From Eledone cirrhosa (lineage: Eukaryota), in contig OZ024756.1 in assembly GCA_964016885.1 (NCBI GenBank), positions 25,978,001 through 26,042,000 on the forward strand: a DNA stretch of 64,000 nt. Direction: 5' to 3'. This document shows, in pieces, positions 62,906 through 64,000 of the stretch. Every line of letters begins with the position of its first letter. The stretch's first letter is position 1. Position numbers and translations under genes: made by a program. The notes beneath the pieces were generated by a model. That model was not told where the DNA came from, did not search any database, and worked only from the letters and a program-made list of their open reading frames with translations.

Positions 62906-63419
62906 GAATAGAAACGAACAACTTATCAAACTAGTTTCAACTACTACAAAAGGAACAATAAAAGCTACCTTGCGAAACACAACAAAAACATCAATAGCTT
63001 TTAACAAGAACAACAACAGCAATGCAAAACTAGTTAACTAGGTTAACTGTGTAAAGCTGCCTTTTATTAATCTCCTTTCAAGATTAACAGCAAAGGCAGC
63101 CAATTAAACATTGATCAGTGAGGGCAGGTCTCTATATAGATATTCCAGCATTAATATAGCACATTTTACTATTCTTTTTGTATTGCTCCTCTCATAACTC
63201 TGTTGTCTGTTTATTTCTAGTTGTAATATTTTTATGTATTCATCTCTGTTTTTGTCGAAAGACTATCCATACAATTTCTGGTCCATTCTTTGTGGTGATA
63301 TCGTATCAGGTGCATCTTACAGATAGACCAGTTTTTCCAATCTGATGTGTAAACTGACATCACATGTGCAATACCACCTTAATGTGCAAAATTGCATGCC
63401 AGCAGGTGGATGATGAGGT

Positions 63420-63910
63420 AGAGATGCAGTTGTCTGTCTTATGTAACTGCTTTTTTTTGTGTACATTTTCTACTGATTATATATTTACAATGTAAATCTT
63501 GGGTACACAAGAGATGTAGTGGGATAACAAGTAAGCTAATAAGAAGGGAAGACTTTGTAGACGATGCACAGGAGTAACTGAGGAGAAGATAACCAGTAAT
63601 GTATGCCTATTCCAGTCAAAGGAAGGACCCATAGAGGTGGTAGTTAGCTTCTGCTATCTAGACGAATTAATTAGCAACAGAGGAGGGTGCTCAGAGAGCA
63701 TAATAGCTAGAATAAGGATAGGATGGAAAAAGTTCAGAGAGATTTTCGCACTGTTGATTACAAAAGGTTTCTCCATATGCACAAAAGGATGACTGTATGA
63801 TGCATGTGTGCGAAGTGCGATGCTGTATGCTAGTGAAACATGGGCTGTGACTGCAGAGACTGGAGAGAAATGAAACAAACGTACTCTGTTGGATGTGCAA
63901 TATGTGTGAG
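63420..63910 (+). mobile_element. RTE-type LINE fragment
   Basis: WVHKRCSG..SFCYLDELISNRGGCSESIIARIRIGWKKFRE..LYDACVRSAMLYASETW; same family as 35740-36270. Confidence 0.8.
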
Positions 63911-64000
63911 AGAGAGGAAGAGCTTGTAGTTGCTTCACTAAACAGATTCAACCATGGCACACACCGTGTCATGCTGAATCACCTTGAAAATGTCATTAAC

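Noticed and set aside
61543-63041. Long His/Thr/Ile/Tyr or Cys/Val ORFs (up to 248 aa)
   Set aside because: Translations of TG/TA microsatellites, open in several frames on both strands

Overview
Eukaryotic, AT-rich, microsatellite- and SINE-dense animal DNA; the repeat landscape suggests a coleoid cephalopod such as Octopus (inference). Three conserved intron-rich genes can be assembled by hand from GT-AG exons with consistent phases: NOMO (minus strand, first 13 coding exons, runs off the left edge), TMEM209 (minus strand, 15 coding exons, about 576 aa) and LSM3 (plus strand, 4 exons, 102 aa, head-to-head with TMEM209). The right ~25 kb is gene-poor. It holds a 2.6-kb 29-bp satellite, two tRNA-derived SINE families, piggyBac-type MITEs, RTE and CRE retrotransposon relics and one candidate unannotated first coding exon. 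The most striking hidden signal is a set of about 8 near-intact and several decayed minimal type I hammerhead-ribozyme motifs with palindromic stem III. They come from several unrelated sequence families, mostly beside (TA)n tracts, as expected for Penelope-like or retrozyme remnants. Other oddities are a 15-copy tandem array of a TMEM209 splice acceptor, duplicated exon fragments, and an identical 15-mer at both divergent promoters. Most ORFs in the supplied track are microsatellite or repeat noise.
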